Shown here piece after piece: positions 22,007-32,833 of a stretch of 64,000 nt of DNA (positions are counted from its first letter, which is position 1; each line of letters begins with the position of its first letter). Position numbers and translations under genes: made by a program. The notes beneath the pieces were generated by a model. It worked only from the letters and a program-made list of their open reading frames with translations, did not search any database and was not told the origin of the DNA. Origin of the DNA: Acidobacteriota bacterium (GTDB lineage: Bacteria; Acidobacteriota; UBA890; WLXD01); the NCBI GenBank assembly GCA_965248695.1, contig CBDFKD010000002.1, positions 2,240,001 to 2,304,000 on the forward strand. The letters are read 5' to 3'.

Positions 22007-23746
22007 TCAGTTCGATTTCCCCGGCCCGTAAACCGCCCGCCCGGGAAGCGCTCCGGTGTGCTCGCCATCGCGCAGCACCTGCTCGCCGTTGACGAATACG
22101 TGCACCATTCCGGTGGCGTATTGATGCGGCTGCTCGTAGGTGGCGTGGTCGGTGATCGTGTCAGGGTCGAAGATCGCCAGGTCGGCGAAATAGCCCTCCA
22201 GGAGGCGTCCTCGATCAGCCACCCCGAGGTTCTCGCTCGGCAGCGCCGAGAGCTTGCGAACAGCCTCGTGCAGCGGGATCACGCCGCGGTCACGGACGTA
22301 GCGCCCGAGGAGTCGCGCGAAGTTGCCGTAGGCTCGCGGGTGGGTGCTGGTGAGCACGAACCGACCTTCGGTCGCCAGCGAGCCGGCGTCGGACCCGAAC
22401 GAAAGCCATGGCAAGGCAACCTGCCTCTCGATGTTCTCCTCCGACATCAGGAAGTAGACGACCTGCACGCGCGTGCCGTCCTCGACCACCAGATCCATCG
22501 CCGTGTCGGCCGGATCGCGTCCACGCTCGGCGGCAACTTCGGCGAGCGTCTTGCCGGTGTAGCGCTGGCGCAGCTCGGGGTTACGGAAGCCGACCAGCAG
22601 CGTCCCCTCGGCGCCGGCCGCCAGCAACAGGTTCTCCCAGTCGTCGGTTGGCGAGGTCATCTCGTCCTTCACCTGCGCCCGCGTTACAGGATCGCCCAAC
22701 CGTCGTACCCACTCCGAGTAGCCGCCTTCCTGCACCCACGGGGGCATCGCCGCGTCGAGACCCGTCGAGCCGGCCGTATAGGTGTACATATCGGCGGTGA
22801 TGGACAGCCCCTCGGCGCGCGCCGCCTCGACGCGTCCGATGGCGGCATCCATCTTCTCCCAGTTTTGCTGGCCGGCGGCCTTGAGATGGTAGATCTCGGC
22901 TGCGACGCTGGCGTCGCGCGCCACGGTGATGAGCTCGTCGATGGCTTCGAGGAGGCGATTCCCCTCCGACCGCATATGCGAGATGTACATGCCGCCGGAT
23001 TCGCCGGCTGCTGCCGCCAGAGCCACTAGCTCATCGGTGCCGGCGTAGAACCCTGGCGCGTAGATGAGCGATGAGCCGATGCCCATGGCGCCCTCACGCA
23101 TGGCGGCGCGCGTCAGCTCCAGCATGCGGGCGAGCTCTTCGGCGGTGGCCGGTCGGTCGGCGTAGCCAACTTCGTGGATTCGCAGTGTCGTGGCGCCGAC
23201 GAAGGAGGCGACGTTCGTGGCGACTCCCTTGTTCTCCAGGAAGCTCAGGTACTCTCCGAGCGTCGTCCAAGGTACCTGGACCGTCGATCCGGCGGGCAAG
23301 CCGAGCATGTTGCGGGCGGCGTCTTCGCCTCCTGCGTCGGCAATCCAGCCAGCCACCGTTTCGGCCTTCATGGCGTCGTTGAGGGGGCCGTACGACGACC
23401 CTTCGCCGAACACCTCGAGGGTCACGCCCTGCCGGATGTCGCCTTGCGAGCGACCATCGACGATCAATGAGTCGACCGCCCAGCTGAGCATGTTGACGAA
23501 TCCCGGCGCCACGGCCAGTCCGGCGACGTCGATCTCCTCGTTGCCGACAGCGGTCCCCAGGTCACCGACGGCGGCGATGCGATCGGCGGCAATGGCGACG
23601 TCGCCGATGATCGGCGGCTCGCCGCTGCCGTCATAGATCGTGCCGCCGCGCAGCACGATGTCGTACGAGATCGGTGGTGTTCCGACACATGCGGGGGTCC
23701 AGACGACGGCTAGCAGCAGGGTCAGGGCATGACGGACTCGCGACAT
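22007..23746 (-). CDS. N-acyl-D-amino-acid deacylase (lipoprotein)
   Basis: APGFVN, SHMRSE, GSDA, HPRAYGNF. Confidence 0.92.
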   Translation of the reverse strand: MSRVRHALTLLLAVVWTPACVGTPPISYDIVLRGGTIYDGSGEPPIIGDVAIAADRIAAVGDLGTAVGNEEIDVAGLAVAPGFVNMLSWAVDSLIVDGRSQGDIRQGVTLEVFGEGSSYGPLNDAMKAETVAGWIADAGGEDAARNMLGLPAGSTVQVPWTTLGEYLSFLENKGVATNVASFVGATTLRIHEVGYADRPATAEELARMLELTRAAMREGAMGIGSSLIYAPGFYAGTDELVALAAAAGESGGMYISHMRSEGNRLLEAIDELITVARDASVAAEIYHLKAAGQQNWEKMDAAIGRVEAARAEGLSITADMYTYTAGSTGLDAAMPPWVQEGGYSEWVRRLGDPVTRAQVKDEMTSPTDDWENLLLAAGAEGTLLVGFRNPELRQRYTGKTLAEVAAERGRDPADTAMDLVVEDGTRVQVVYFLMSEENIERQVALPWLSFGSDAGSLATEGRFVLTSTHPRAYGNFARLLGRYVRDRGVIPLHEAVRKLSALPSENLGVADRGRLLEGYFADLAIFDPDTITDHATYEQPHQYATGMVHVFVNGEQVLRDGEHTGALPGRAVYGPGKSN

Positions 23747-23867
23747 GGCGAGCTCCTGAGCTTCGGGGTACGCGATCTGGACGGGGTAGGTACGCGCCGT
23801 AGCTTACGATGGGCGCCCACGACGGTCGGTCAGCGGGACCGCGCCGCCAGTTGAGGAGAAGACAGCA

Positions 23868-24716
23868 GTGACCCGCAAGTCGCGTCGCTCCGGCGATTCA
23901 CCACCAACGCGCGCCGGTCGTACGAAAGCCGAGACGGCCGACAAGCACGACCTGTACGAGCGTGCGGTTCAGGAGCCCGAGGCTGATGTCGACTTCGCCA
24001 CAAACACGTTTCGTGCCGAGTTCGGACGCCGCGCGGTGCGTTTGCGCGAGGACTTCTGCGGCACCGCCGCGATCAGCCGTGACTGGGTGAGGGCGCACAA
24101 GAAGAACTACGCCTGGGGAGTGGACCTCGATGCCGAGACGTTGGCCTGGGGTCTGACGAACAATATCGAACCGTTGCGAGAGCAGCAGCGGCGTCGCGTC
24201 GCCCTGGTCGAGGGCGACGTGCGCACTACGAGCACGCCGCCGGTCGATATCGTCATGGCGCTGAATTTCTCGTACTTCCTGTTCACCGAGCGGGCCGCCC
24301 TGCTGCGCTACCTCCGCGCCGCGCGCCGACACCTCGATCGCGAGGGATTGCTGATCCTGGATGCCTACGGCGGCCCGGAGTCGGTGCAACGCGTCGAGGA
24401 CGAAACCGAGCACGAAGGCTTCAGCTACATCTGGGACCAGGACGACTTCGATCCCATCAGCCGCATGGCCACCTGCTACATCCACTTCACGTTCGATGAC
24501 GGCAGCGCGCTGCGCCGCGCTTTTGCTTACCACTGGCGCATGTACACCATCCCGGAGCTCCGGGAAGCTCTGGCCGACGCCGGCTTCACGTCGTCGACGG
24601 TGTACTGGGAGGGTACCGACGCGAAGACCCAAGAGGGCGACGGGGTCTACACCCCGAGGGAGACGGCCGAGCCCGATGACGCCTGGGTTTGCTACGTCGT
24701 CGGGGTGAAGCGCTGA
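23868..24716 (+). CDS. Class I SAM-dependent methyltransferase
   Basis: LREDFCGT, GVDLD, ALNFSY. Confidence 0.88.
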   Translation: MTRKSRRSGDSPPTRAGRTKAETADKHDLYERAVQEPEADVDFATNTFRAEFGRRAVRLREDFCGTAAISRDWVRAHKKNYAWGVDLDAETLAWGLTNNIEPLREQQRRRVALVEGDVRTTSTPPVDIVMALNFSYFLFTERAALLRYLRAARRHLDREGLLILDAYGGPESVQRVEDETEHEGFSYIWDQDDFDPISRMATCYIHFTFDDGSALRRAFAYHWRMYTIPELREALADAGFTSSTVYWEGTDAKTQEGDGVYTPRETAEPDDAWVCYVVGVKR

Positions 24717-24738
24717 GGGTTGGTCCTTAAGTGGTTTG

Positions 24739-24756
24739 CAAAGTGATATCACTTTG
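24739..24756. promoter_or_regulatory. 18-bp perfect palindrome, putative operator of the SPFH operon
   Basis: CAAAGTGATATCACTTTG. Confidence 0.65.
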
Positions 24757-24862
24757 ATAAGATAGCTCCGTTCGAGGTCGGACGCGCCTCACCGCGGTGC
24801 CGAGCCAAGCACTCGTCGGGACGGCGTTCTTTCACCGCCCTCCACAAGAACAGGAGCGACCG

Positions 24863-25753
24863 ATGATTCGAGAGATCGAGCACAAGGCGTTGAGCGGATT
24901 CCTCATGCTGGGCGTTCTCGTGCCAGCGTTGATCGGGCTCGTCTGGATGGTCATCGCGACGATCCGCGACCTCGCCCAGCTCGGCGCCACTCCAGGCCGC
25001 GTCGGATGGCTCGTGGGCTTTATCCTGCTCGTGGTCACGGACGTGATCATGATGGCGGGCCTGTTCACCGTGGCCCCCAACGAGGGCAAGGTGCTACAGC
25101 TCTTCGGTCGCTACGTGGGCACGGCGAGGGAGCCGGGACTGCGCTGGGCCAACCCGTTCCTGACCAAGAACCGGGTCTCCCTGCGCGTGCGCAACTTCGA
25201 GACCGGCAAGCTCAAAGTGAACGATAAGCGCGGCAACCCGATCGAGTTTGCCTCGGTCGTGGTGTGGAAGGTCGTCGATACCGCCGAGGCGATCTTCATG
25301 GTCGACGACTTCAAGCACTACGTGCACGTGCAAAGCGAAGCGGCGGGCCGAGCCCTGGCGACGGGCTATCCGTACGACGTGTTCGAAGAGGGCGAAGTGT
25401 CGCTGGTGTCGCATACCGCTGAGATCAGCGACAAGCTGAAGATAGAGATCCAGGACCGGCTCGACCAGGCCGGAGTGGAGGTCATCGAAGCGCGCATCAG
25501 CCACCTGGCGTACTCGCCGGAGATCGCCAGCGCCATGCTGCAGCGTCAGCAGGCCGCCGCGGTCATTGCGGCGCGCAAGAAGATCGTCCAGGGCGCCGTC
25601 GGCATGGTAGAGGACGCGCTGAATCAGCTTTCGGAGCATGGCATCGTCGAGCTCGATGACGAGCGCCGGGCCCAGATGGTGAGCAACCTGCTGGTCGTGC
25701 TGACCAGCGAGTCGCGACCGCAGCCGGTGCTGAATGCGGGGAGCCTCTACTAG
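24863..25753 (+). CDS. SPFH/band-7 domain membrane protein
   Basis: Two TMs, [30 protein letters not shown]. Confidence 0.93.
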   Translation: MIREIEHKALSGFLMLGVLVPALIGLVWMVIATIRDLAQLGATPGRVGWLVGFILLVVTDVIMMAGLFTVAPNEGKVLQLFGRYVGTAREPGLRWANPFLTKNRVSLRVRNFETGKLKVNDKRGNPIEFASVVVWKVVDTAEAIFMVDDFKHYVHVQSEAAGRALATGYPYDVFEEGEVSLVSHTAEISDKLKIEIQDRLDQAGVEVIEARISHLAYSPEIASAMLQRQQAAAVIAARKKIVQGAVGMVEDALNQLSEHGIVELDDERRAQMVSNLLVVLTSESRPQPVLNAGSLY

Positions 25754-25861
25754 GCGGTCCGGGACGCCCGGGCACACCAGCACACGAGAACGGAAGGCAG
25801 AGAGAGATCTGCAGCACAGATGCGGGGCGCGCAGCTGGCGCCCCGCTGAGGCAGGCGGAAG

Positions 25862-26056
25862 GTGACAGAGCGCAAGGCGGTCCTGATCCGGCTGGACCCG
25901 ACGGTCCACTCGTCCTTGCGACGATGGGCCGATGACGAGCTCAGATCGTTCAATGCGCAGGTGGAGTACGTGCTGCGCAACGCACTGCGCGGCGCCGGCC
26001 GCCTTCGCGGCGATCAACCACCGGGACCAGGCGCGCCAGAGCGCACGGACACTTAG
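25862..26056 (+). CDS. Arc/RHH-family DNA-binding protein
   Basis: RKAVLIRLDP..WADDELRSFNAQVEY.L. Confidence 0.85.
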   Translation: MTERKAVLIRLDPTVHSSLRRWADDELRSFNAQVEYVLRNALRGAGRLRGDQPPGPGAPERTDT

Positions 26057-26222
26057 CCCCGTCGCACCCGCCGAGGACCGGCCCAAACCGCGGCCCTGAG
26101 GCGTCGCCTGGGGGGCCGCCCGCCGCGCCTATCCCCTCGAAGGATCGGCTGCGATACTTGGGGCCACCGGCCGGAATCGCCCGGTCGCGCCACCGCAGGC
26201 CCGTTTTCCGCCCGCCGCCAAG

Positions 26223-27685
26223 ATGACCGAACAGCAGCGATTTACCTGTGACTGGCTGTGGAACCAGCTGGTTGTGCTCTCCGACGGCAAGGTTGTTTGC
26301 GGTTGTGCGGATCCCTACGGGGAGCGACCGCTCGGCCATCTCGACAAGCAATCGCTGCACGACATCTGGAACGCGCCGCATGTCCAGAAGATCCGCCGCC
26401 AGCTGAACGACGGCTACGCCCCCTTCTGCAAACCCTGCGGCCTCAAGACGATGGTCGACGAGGACTACGAGATTCCGCAGCGCCCGGAACACGTCGAGAC
26501 GCTGCCGCGGATCTTCCTGGAGCCTGCCGTCGGCTGCAACATCTCCTGTTTCGAAGCGGTGTGTAACCAGACGTCCAAGATCGTCCAGACACGCTCCCAG
26601 CGGCTGATGGAGTGGGGCGACTTCAAGCGCATCGTCGACTCGGTCGGCAACGAGCTCGTGCGCCTCGACTTCTTCAACTACGGCGAGTCGTTCGTGCACC
26701 CGGAGTCGGTCGAAATGATGGAGTACATCAAGGCGACCTATCCAGACGTTTTCCTGTACATCAGTACCAACGGCTTGCTGCTCACCGACGACAAGATGGC
26801 CCGGCTGGTGGATGCCGGCGTCGACGAGATCACCTTCTCCGTGGACGGTCCCGATCAGGAGACGTACGAGAAGTATCGCGTCAAAGGCGACTTCGAGAAG
26901 GTGTTCGGCATCATGCGTCGCTTCGTCGAGATCCGCGAGGCAGCGGGTGCGCTGCTGCCGTACTTGAACTGGGCTACATCATCTTCAAGTGGAACGACTC
27001 CGACGAGAAGATGGACCGCACGCGCCAGCTGGCTGCCGACATCGGTATCGACAAGCTCGTCTGGGAGATCACCAATCACCCACCGGTGGCGGCCAGCGAG
27101 AAGTATCAGCCCGGGACGCCGGCGTGGCGTGAGATCTACAACGAGATCTGGGATACGAGCCAGACGTGCAACGCTATCGATGGCAGACGCTTGCTGGCCG
27201 ACATCGGCTTTGATGGCGACGGCTCGTGGACCGGGCGGTCCTCGGAGCCGACGACGCTGAGAGTTCGCGTGCAGAACACCGGCGGTGCGTTGTGGCGCAA
27301 CGCCGCGCATGGGTGGCGACGGACCATTCGCCTCGGCGCCCAGTTGCATGACGGCGACCGCAACCTGATCGACCGTGACTACGCACGTGCCTTCCTGCCG
27401 CGGGACGTTGCCGGCAACGAGTCGGTGGAAATCGACATAGAGCTGCCCGCCCTGGAAGCTCCCGGCGAGTACACCCTCAAGTTCGACATGGCGTGTGAAG
27501 GGATCGACTGGCTTGAGTCTGGCGGTTCACCGGTGTCCTGGGGAGCCCTGAGCGTCGCTCCTTCTGCCGAGGCGACCAACGGCGGCGCGCCCGCCGACGT
27601 GGTATCGGCCGATTCGGAAGAGACGCCCGTCGGCCGCCTTCTAGACGGCGCCCGTACGCTTGGCCGGCGGCTGATCGGTCGGTAG
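26223..27685 (+). pseudogene. SPASM + radical SAM + Ig-like protein, frameshift near 26972
   Basis: N-terminal C..DGKVVCGC..CKPC; CNISCFEAVC; NYGES, STNG, SVDG; one missing base splits NW-x-YIIFKWN. Confidence 0.8.
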
Positions 27686-27749
27686 CGGCGATGCCCGACA
27701 GCACTGGTTCGGCAGCGGCGGTGCCCGCCAGAAACGGTAGCTAGACCTG

Positions 27750-27993
27750 CGGCCGCTGCACACCGACTTGCCGATGGCGTACACATGGCGTCGCGATAGC
27801 AGCAGCGACAACTTCTCCTGGCCGACTCGACCTGATCTTCTTTACCGACAGCGTCCTGCGGGCACAGAATCGCTTTGTGCTGCACACGCCCTCGATGACC
27901 CGCAAGCGCCGGCGAGGCTATGGTCTACGCCGCGACGACACCACCAAAGCTTCCGACCACCTGCCGGTGGTGGCTGACTTCAGCCTGCGCTAG
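27750..27993 (+). pseudogene. C-terminal remnant of an endonuclease/exonuclease/phosphatase protein
   Basis: YTWR in one frame, then PGRLDLIF...ASDHLPVVADF-stop in another; no N-terminus. Confidence 0.7.
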
Positions 27994-28100
27994 TCACGTG
28001 CGCGACGCGGTTCGCCACTGACCGTCGCCATCACGGACCGCGAGGCGGGGCACGTACGCGAGCCCGCCAGCCTGCTCAGGGCAGCGAGCCCGCAGCCTGC

Positions 28101-29693
28101 TCAGCGCAGACGGTAGCGCTGGATCTTGCCGGTGGCAGTCTTCGGCAGTTCGGCGACGAACTCGATCCAGCGCGGATACTTGAAGGGTGCGATGGCGCTC
28201 TTGACGAACTCCTTGAGCTCCTCGCCCAGGGTGTCGCTGACGTCTACGCCGTCGCGCAGCACCACAAAAGCCTTGGGCTTGACCAGACGGGCTTCGTCTT
28301 CGGCGCCCACCACCGCGGCCTCGAGGACCGCGGCATGCTCCATGAGCGCCGCCTCGACCTCGAAGGGCGACACCCAGATGCCGCCCACCTTCAACATGTC
28401 GTCGGTCCGCCCCTGGTACCAGTAGTAGTCGTCATCGTCGACGATGTACTTGTCGCCGGTGCGGATCCAGTCGCCGCTGATGGTGGCTTTGGTCTGCTCG
28501 TGACGGTTCCAGTAGAAGGCGCAGGTGGAGTCGCCCTTGATGAGCAGGTCGCCGACCTCGCCGGGCGCCGTCAGGCCACCGTGGTCATCAACGATGCGCG
28601 CCTCGTATCCGGGGACGATCTGGCCGCTGGAGCCCGCCCGTACCTCGCCGGCTCGGTTGGCGATGAACATATGCAAGATCTCGGTAGAGCCGATGCCGTC
28701 GAGAATCTCCTGACCGTAGCGTTCCCGCCAGCGCTCATACAGCGTCGGAGGCAGCGCCTCACCGGCCGAGATGCACAGCCGCAGGCTCGGCAGGGTTGTC
28801 GGCGCCGTCCGGTTGTCGACCTCGAGCAAGCTGGAGTAGCCGGTCGGCACCGAGTAGAAGACGCTGGGGCGATAGCGCTGCAGCACGTCGAAAACCGCTC
28901 CTGGCTCGGGGCGCCCGGGGTACAGCACCGTCGAGGCGCCGACGTGGAACGGGAAGTAGAGCGCGTTGCCGAGGCCGTAGGCGAAGAACAGCTTCGCCAC
29001 CGAGAACGTGACGTCGGCTTCCGACAGCGCCAGCACGTGCCGAGCGTAGCCCTCGGCGCAGACCAGCATGTCGTGCTGCAAGTGCACCGTCCCTTTCGGG
29101 AAGCCCGTCGTCCCTGACGAGTAGAGCCATAGGCACGGGTCGTCCTTGCTCATCTGCTCGGCGTCGAGCTCCGGCGAGGCAGCGGCGCACAGATCGACGA
29201 GCGAATGCACCGCGAGCTTATCGCTGGCTTCGGGCAGCTCAGGTGCGTCGCCCTCGGGCCCCGGCGCCACGACCAGGTGCCGCAGGTACAGCAGTCGATC
29301 GCGGATCGGCTCGATGACCGTCAGCAAGGGAGCTGAAACGACCAAGACGCGGGCGCGCGAATCGTTCAGCAGATACTCGTACTCGGGCGCGGTGAGCAGG
29401 GTGTTGGTGGGAACAGGCACCGCGCCGATCTTGATGGCACCAAAGAAGGAGTGGACGAACTCGGGACCGTCGAGCAACAGCAACATGACGCGCTGCTCCA
29501 CATCGAGCCCGAGATCGCGGAACGCGTTGCCGGCCCGATTCGTGTCGGTCAACACTGCCGCGTAGGTGTGCGTGCTGCCGTCGCCAACATAGTGCACGGC
29601 GACGTTGTCACCGCGCCCCATCTCGACGTTGGCGTCGACGAAATCGAACGCGGCATTCATGCGGTCGGGAATCTCGATCACGGTCACCTGCAA
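28101..29693 (-). CDS. Benzoate-CoA ligase family protein
   Basis: WLYSSGTTGFPKG, KLFFAYGLGN, DGIGSTE, PKTATGKIQR. Confidence 0.93.
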   Translation of the reverse strand: MQVTVIEIPDRMNAAFDFVDANVEMGRGDNVAVHYVGDGSTHTYAAVLTDTNRAGNAFRDLGLDVEQRVMLLLLDGPEFVHSFFGAIKIGAVPVPTNTLLTAPEYEYLLNDSRARVLVVSAPLLTVIEPIRDRLLYLRHLVVAPGPEGDAPELPEASDKLAVHSLVDLCAAASPELDAEQMSKDDPCLWLYSSGTTGFPKGTVHLQHDMLVCAEGYARHVLALSEADVTFSVAKLFFAYGLGNALYFPFHVGASTVLYPGRPEPGAVFDVLQRYRPSVFYSVPTGYSSLLEVDNRTAPTTLPSLRLCISAGEALPPTLYERWRERYGQEILDGIGSTEILHMFIANRAGEVRAGSSGQIVPGYEARIVDDHGGLTAPGEVGDLLIKGDSTCAFYWNRHEQTKATISGDWIRTGDKYIVDDDDYYWYQGRTDDMLKVGGIWVSPFEVEAALMEHAAVLEAAVVGAEDEARLVKPKAFVVLRDGVDVSDTLGEELKEFVKSAIAPFKYPRWIEFVAELPKTATGKIQRYRLR

Positions 29694-29785
29694 TCTGCGT
29701 CACACGGAGAGCGCGTGAACGTTTCGTTACAAGTCCAATCTACCCTGCAATAGGGACGCCGTAGCGCCCGCGGGGTACATGGACG

Positions 29786-30496
29786 ATGCATCACATCTTG
29801 ATAGTGGAGGATGAGCCGGACATCGCCCGCCTCATCGACCTGCATCTGTCGGACGCCGGCTTTGACGTCGAGATCGCCGGCACCGCCAGCGCCGGGTTGA
29901 ATAGCGCGCGTCGAAATGGCCCCGATCTGGTGATCCTGGATCTGATGCTCCCGGACGGCGACGGGCTCGACGTTTGCCGCGCGCTGCGCGCCTCCGCCGA
30001 CTACACGCCGATCCTCATCTTGACCGCCAGGTCGGCCGAGCTCGATCGCGTCGTCGGCCTCGAGGTGGGCGCCGACGACTATCTCGTGAAGCCCTTCGCG
30101 GTGCGCGAGCTGGTAGCCTGCGTCAAGGCGATCCTGCGGCGCGTCGAGCTGTCGACCGGCGTGGCGCAGCGGAGCATCTCGCGGCTGGAAGTGGAAGGCC
30201 TGGTGATCGAGCCCGACAAGCGGTGCGTCACCATCAACGCTGCACCCGTGGAGCTCACGGTGACGGAGTTCGATCTGCTCGTGCAGCTGGCCTCGAACCC
30301 CGGGCGGGTCTATACCCGGGCGCAGCTTCTGGACCTCGTGTGGGGAGTGGCCAGCGATTCGTACGAGCACACGGTCAACGCCCACGTGAATCGTCTACGC
30401 GCCAAGATCGAGCCCGATCCGTCGCAGCCTTTCTACGTGCGCACGGTCTGGGGCGTGGGCTACCGATTCCTCGACCCGGGGACGCGAGAGCTCTGA
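29786..30496 (+). CDS. OmpR/PhoB-family response regulator
   Basis: VEDE, LDLMLP, GADDYLVKPF, TVWGVGYRF. Confidence 0.96.
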   Translation: MHHILIVEDEPDIARLIDLHLSDAGFDVEIAGTASAGLNSARRNGPDLVILDLMLPDGDGLDVCRALRASADYTPILILTARSAELDRVVGLEVGADDYLVKPFAVRELVACVKAILRRVELSTGVAQRSISRLEVEGLVIEPDKRCVTINAAPVELTVTEFDLLVQLASNPGRVYTRAQLLDLVWGVASDSYEHTVNAHVNRLRAKIEPDPSQPFYVRTVWGVGYRFLDPGTREL

Positions 30497-31980
30497 TGCA
30501 GAACCTCCACACGAAACTGTCCCTGGCCCTATTGGCCGTCCTGGCCGTAGCCTCCGTCGGGCTGGTCGTGCTGCTGGCGCGCACCAGCCAGATGTATCAG
30601 CAGGAGGTCCAACAACAGCTGAACGACGGCCTCGCGGACCACATCATCCAGGAATACGAGCTCATCCGCGCCGACACCGTCGCCGAGGCGGCGCTCGCCG
30701 ATCTCTTCCACATGCTGATGGTCATCAACCCCAGCATCGAGGTCTACCTGCTCGATCCGGAAGGGCGCATCCTTGCCGATGCCGCCCCCGAGGGCCGGAA
30801 GCGTCGCGACCGCGTCTCGCTGGTGCCGGTGGAACAGTTGCTCCAGGGCACCTCGCGATTCCCGATCTTCGGCGATGAGCCGCGCGACCCCCTCGGCAGC
30901 AAGGTCTTCTCCGCCGCACGAATTCTCAGCGACGGCCGATTGCAGGGGTATCTCTACGTGGTGCTCGGAGGCGAGGCATACGACAGCGCCGCAGCGATGC
31001 TTGCCAGCAGCTACATCGTGCGATTGAGCGCCTGGCTCGGCGGCGGCATCCTCGTGCTGTCGCTGTTGGCCGCGGGTTTTCTCTTCCGCCGACTGACGCG
31101 ACCGCTTGCCGCCCTCGATGCCGAGATGGCCCAGTTCGAGAACCACGGACAAAGCGACATCCACCCGGCCCTGGTCGGCAACGACGAGGTCCAACGGTTG
31201 CAAGCCTCGTTCGGCCGTCTATCGCACCGGCTCCAGGAGCAACTGGAGGCCCTGGAGCGCAACGATCGGCTGCGCCGCGAGCTGGTTGCCAACGTGTCAC
31301 ACGACCTGCGCACACCCCTCACGCACCTCCAGGGGTACCTAGAAACACTGCAGTTGAAGGACGATTCGCTGACTCCTAGCGAGCGCGCCGAGTACCTGCG
31401 CATCGCGGTCGACCATTGCGATCGTCTGGCGCGATTGATCGCCGACCTGTTCGAGCTCGCCAAGCTCGAAGCACTGCGAGTGCCGATCAAGACCGAGCGT
31501 TTTTCGGTCGTGGAGCTGGCACGGGACGTGGTCGACAAGTTCCAGCTCACGGCGCGACAACGGGGCATTCACCTGTCGGTGGCCGACGGTCCACGGAGCT
31601 GCCACGTCGATGCGGACCCGAGCCTGATCGAGCGTACGCTCGAGAACCTCATCGCCAACGCCCTGCAGCACACGGAGAGCGGCGGCGCGATCGACGTCGT
31701 CCCGCCGCGACGGCCGGAAGCGGTGCACGTCGAGGTCAGGGACACTGGCAAAGGTATCGACGAGGCCGACCAGCGACGCGTCTTCGAGCGCTTCTTCCGA
31801 ACCTCGGGAGATCGGCGCGCCGACGCCGGCACCGGGCTGGGTCTGGCGATCGCCAAGCGGGCCGTCGAGCTGCATCACGGCAGCATCAGCGTGCACAGTG
31901 TCCCCGGGCAGGGAAGCGTGTTCGGCTTCGACTTGCCGCGGACGGAGGCCTCGGTCGACGGCGGCCTGGCCGAGGCGTAG
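30496..31980 (+). CDS. HAMP-domain sensor histidine kinase
   Basis: TGATG overlap with regulator; VSHDLRTPL, NLIANA, DTGKG, GTGLGL. Confidence 0.95.
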   Translation: MQNLHTKLSLALLAVLAVASVGLVVLLARTSQMYQQEVQQQLNDGLADHIIQEYELIRADTVAEAALADLFHMLMVINPSIEVYLLDPEGRILADAAPEGRKRRDRVSLVPVEQLLQGTSRFPIFGDEPRDPLGSKVFSAARILSDGRLQGYLYVVLGGEAYDSAAAMLASSYIVRLSAWLGGGILVLSLLAAGFLFRRLTRPLAALDAEMAQFENHGQSDIHPALVGNDEVQRLQASFGRLSHRLQEQLEALERNDRLRRELVANVSHDLRTPLTHLQGYLETLQLKDDSLTPSERAEYLRIAVDHCDRLARLIADLFELAKLEALRVPIKTERFSVVELARDVVDKFQLTARQRGIHLSVADGPRSCHVDADPSLIERTLENLIANALQHTESGGAIDVVPPRRPEAVHVEVRDTGKGIDEADQRRVFERFFRTSGDRRADAGTGLGLAIAKRAVELHHGSISVHSVPGQGSVFGFDLPRTEASVDGGLAEA

Positions 31981-32012
31981 GGCCTGGCGCAGGCACCGTT
32001 ACCGGCCTCACA

Positions 32013-32061
32013 GTGAGCGGCGATGTGACGGAATCGTGAACAACGTGTGACCGGCCCGTGA
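32013..32061 (+). promoter_or_regulatory. GTGA direct repeats at 11-bp period (OmpR-type boxes)
   Basis: GTGA at 32025, 32036, 32047, 32058, plus 32013. Confidence 0.6.
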
Positions 32062-32137
32062 GAAACGGCATGCACGGTGAGCGCACGTTCAGGCGATCCC
32101 CGGTCGCCTCTCACCCGCTTCTCACGGAGGATCATCC

Positions 32138-32791
32138 ATGCGCCGTCCCGTTGTCGTCGCCGTCCTCGTCGCGATCAGCGCCGTCGCGCTGCTCGTTCCG
32201 GCTACTGCCTTCGCCCAGACCTACGAAGTGCGCATCACCAATCTGACCCGCGGGCAGATCATGAGCCCGCCCGTGATTGCGGCGCACTCGCAGGCAACCC
32301 GGATGTTCTTGCCTGGAAGCCGTGCCTCGGACGACATCGCCGCGGTGGCCGAAGATGCTGACAACAGCGGCCTGGTAGCCACATTGGGCGCCGATCCAGA
32401 GGTCGGCGGCATGGTCGTCGGCACGGGGCCGATATTGCCCGGCAAGACCGCCACCTACACGATCGACTCCGGCGGCGCCGGGAAGCTCAGCGCCGTCAGC
32501 ATGCTCGTGATAACCAACGACGCCTTCTTCGGGCTCGACAGCTTCGACCTGGCCTCGGTCGTTGCTCGCACCGTCGTCTGGCTACCTGCCTACGATTCGG
32601 GCAGCGAGGACAACAACGAGGACTGCGACTTCATCCCAGGCCCACCGTGTGGCAGTGGCGGGGTGCGCGACACCAAGGGGAGCGAGAAGTTCATCCACAT
32701 CCACTCGGGCATCCTCGGCGAGGGAGATCTGGGGCAGGGAATGTACGACTGGAGGAACCCGGTAGCCCGCATGGTGATCATCCCGCGCTGA
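32138..32791 (+). CDS. Secreted spondin_N domain protein
   Basis: Signal peptide; ITNLT..Q..SP, AEDAD, SMLVITNDAF.GL, YDSGSEDN. Confidence 0.9.
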   Translation: MRRPVVVAVLVAISAVALLVPATAFAQTYEVRITNLTRGQIMSPPVIAAHSQATRMFLPGSRASDDIAAVAEDADNSGLVATLGADPEVGGMVVGTGPILPGKTATYTIDSGGAGKLSAVSMLVITNDAFFGLDSFDLASVVARTVVWLPAYDSGSEDNNEDCDFIPGPPCGSGGVRDTKGSEKFIHIHSGILGEGDLGQGMYDWRNPVARMVIIPR

Positions 32792-32833
32792 CGCGACGCG
32801 GCCACGCTGACCCGAGGCCGCCGGCGTAGGCGT

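Noticed and set aside
28058-28104. About 21-bp direct duplication at the CoA ligase stop
   Set aside because: Two copies only; a likely local slippage with no further structure.
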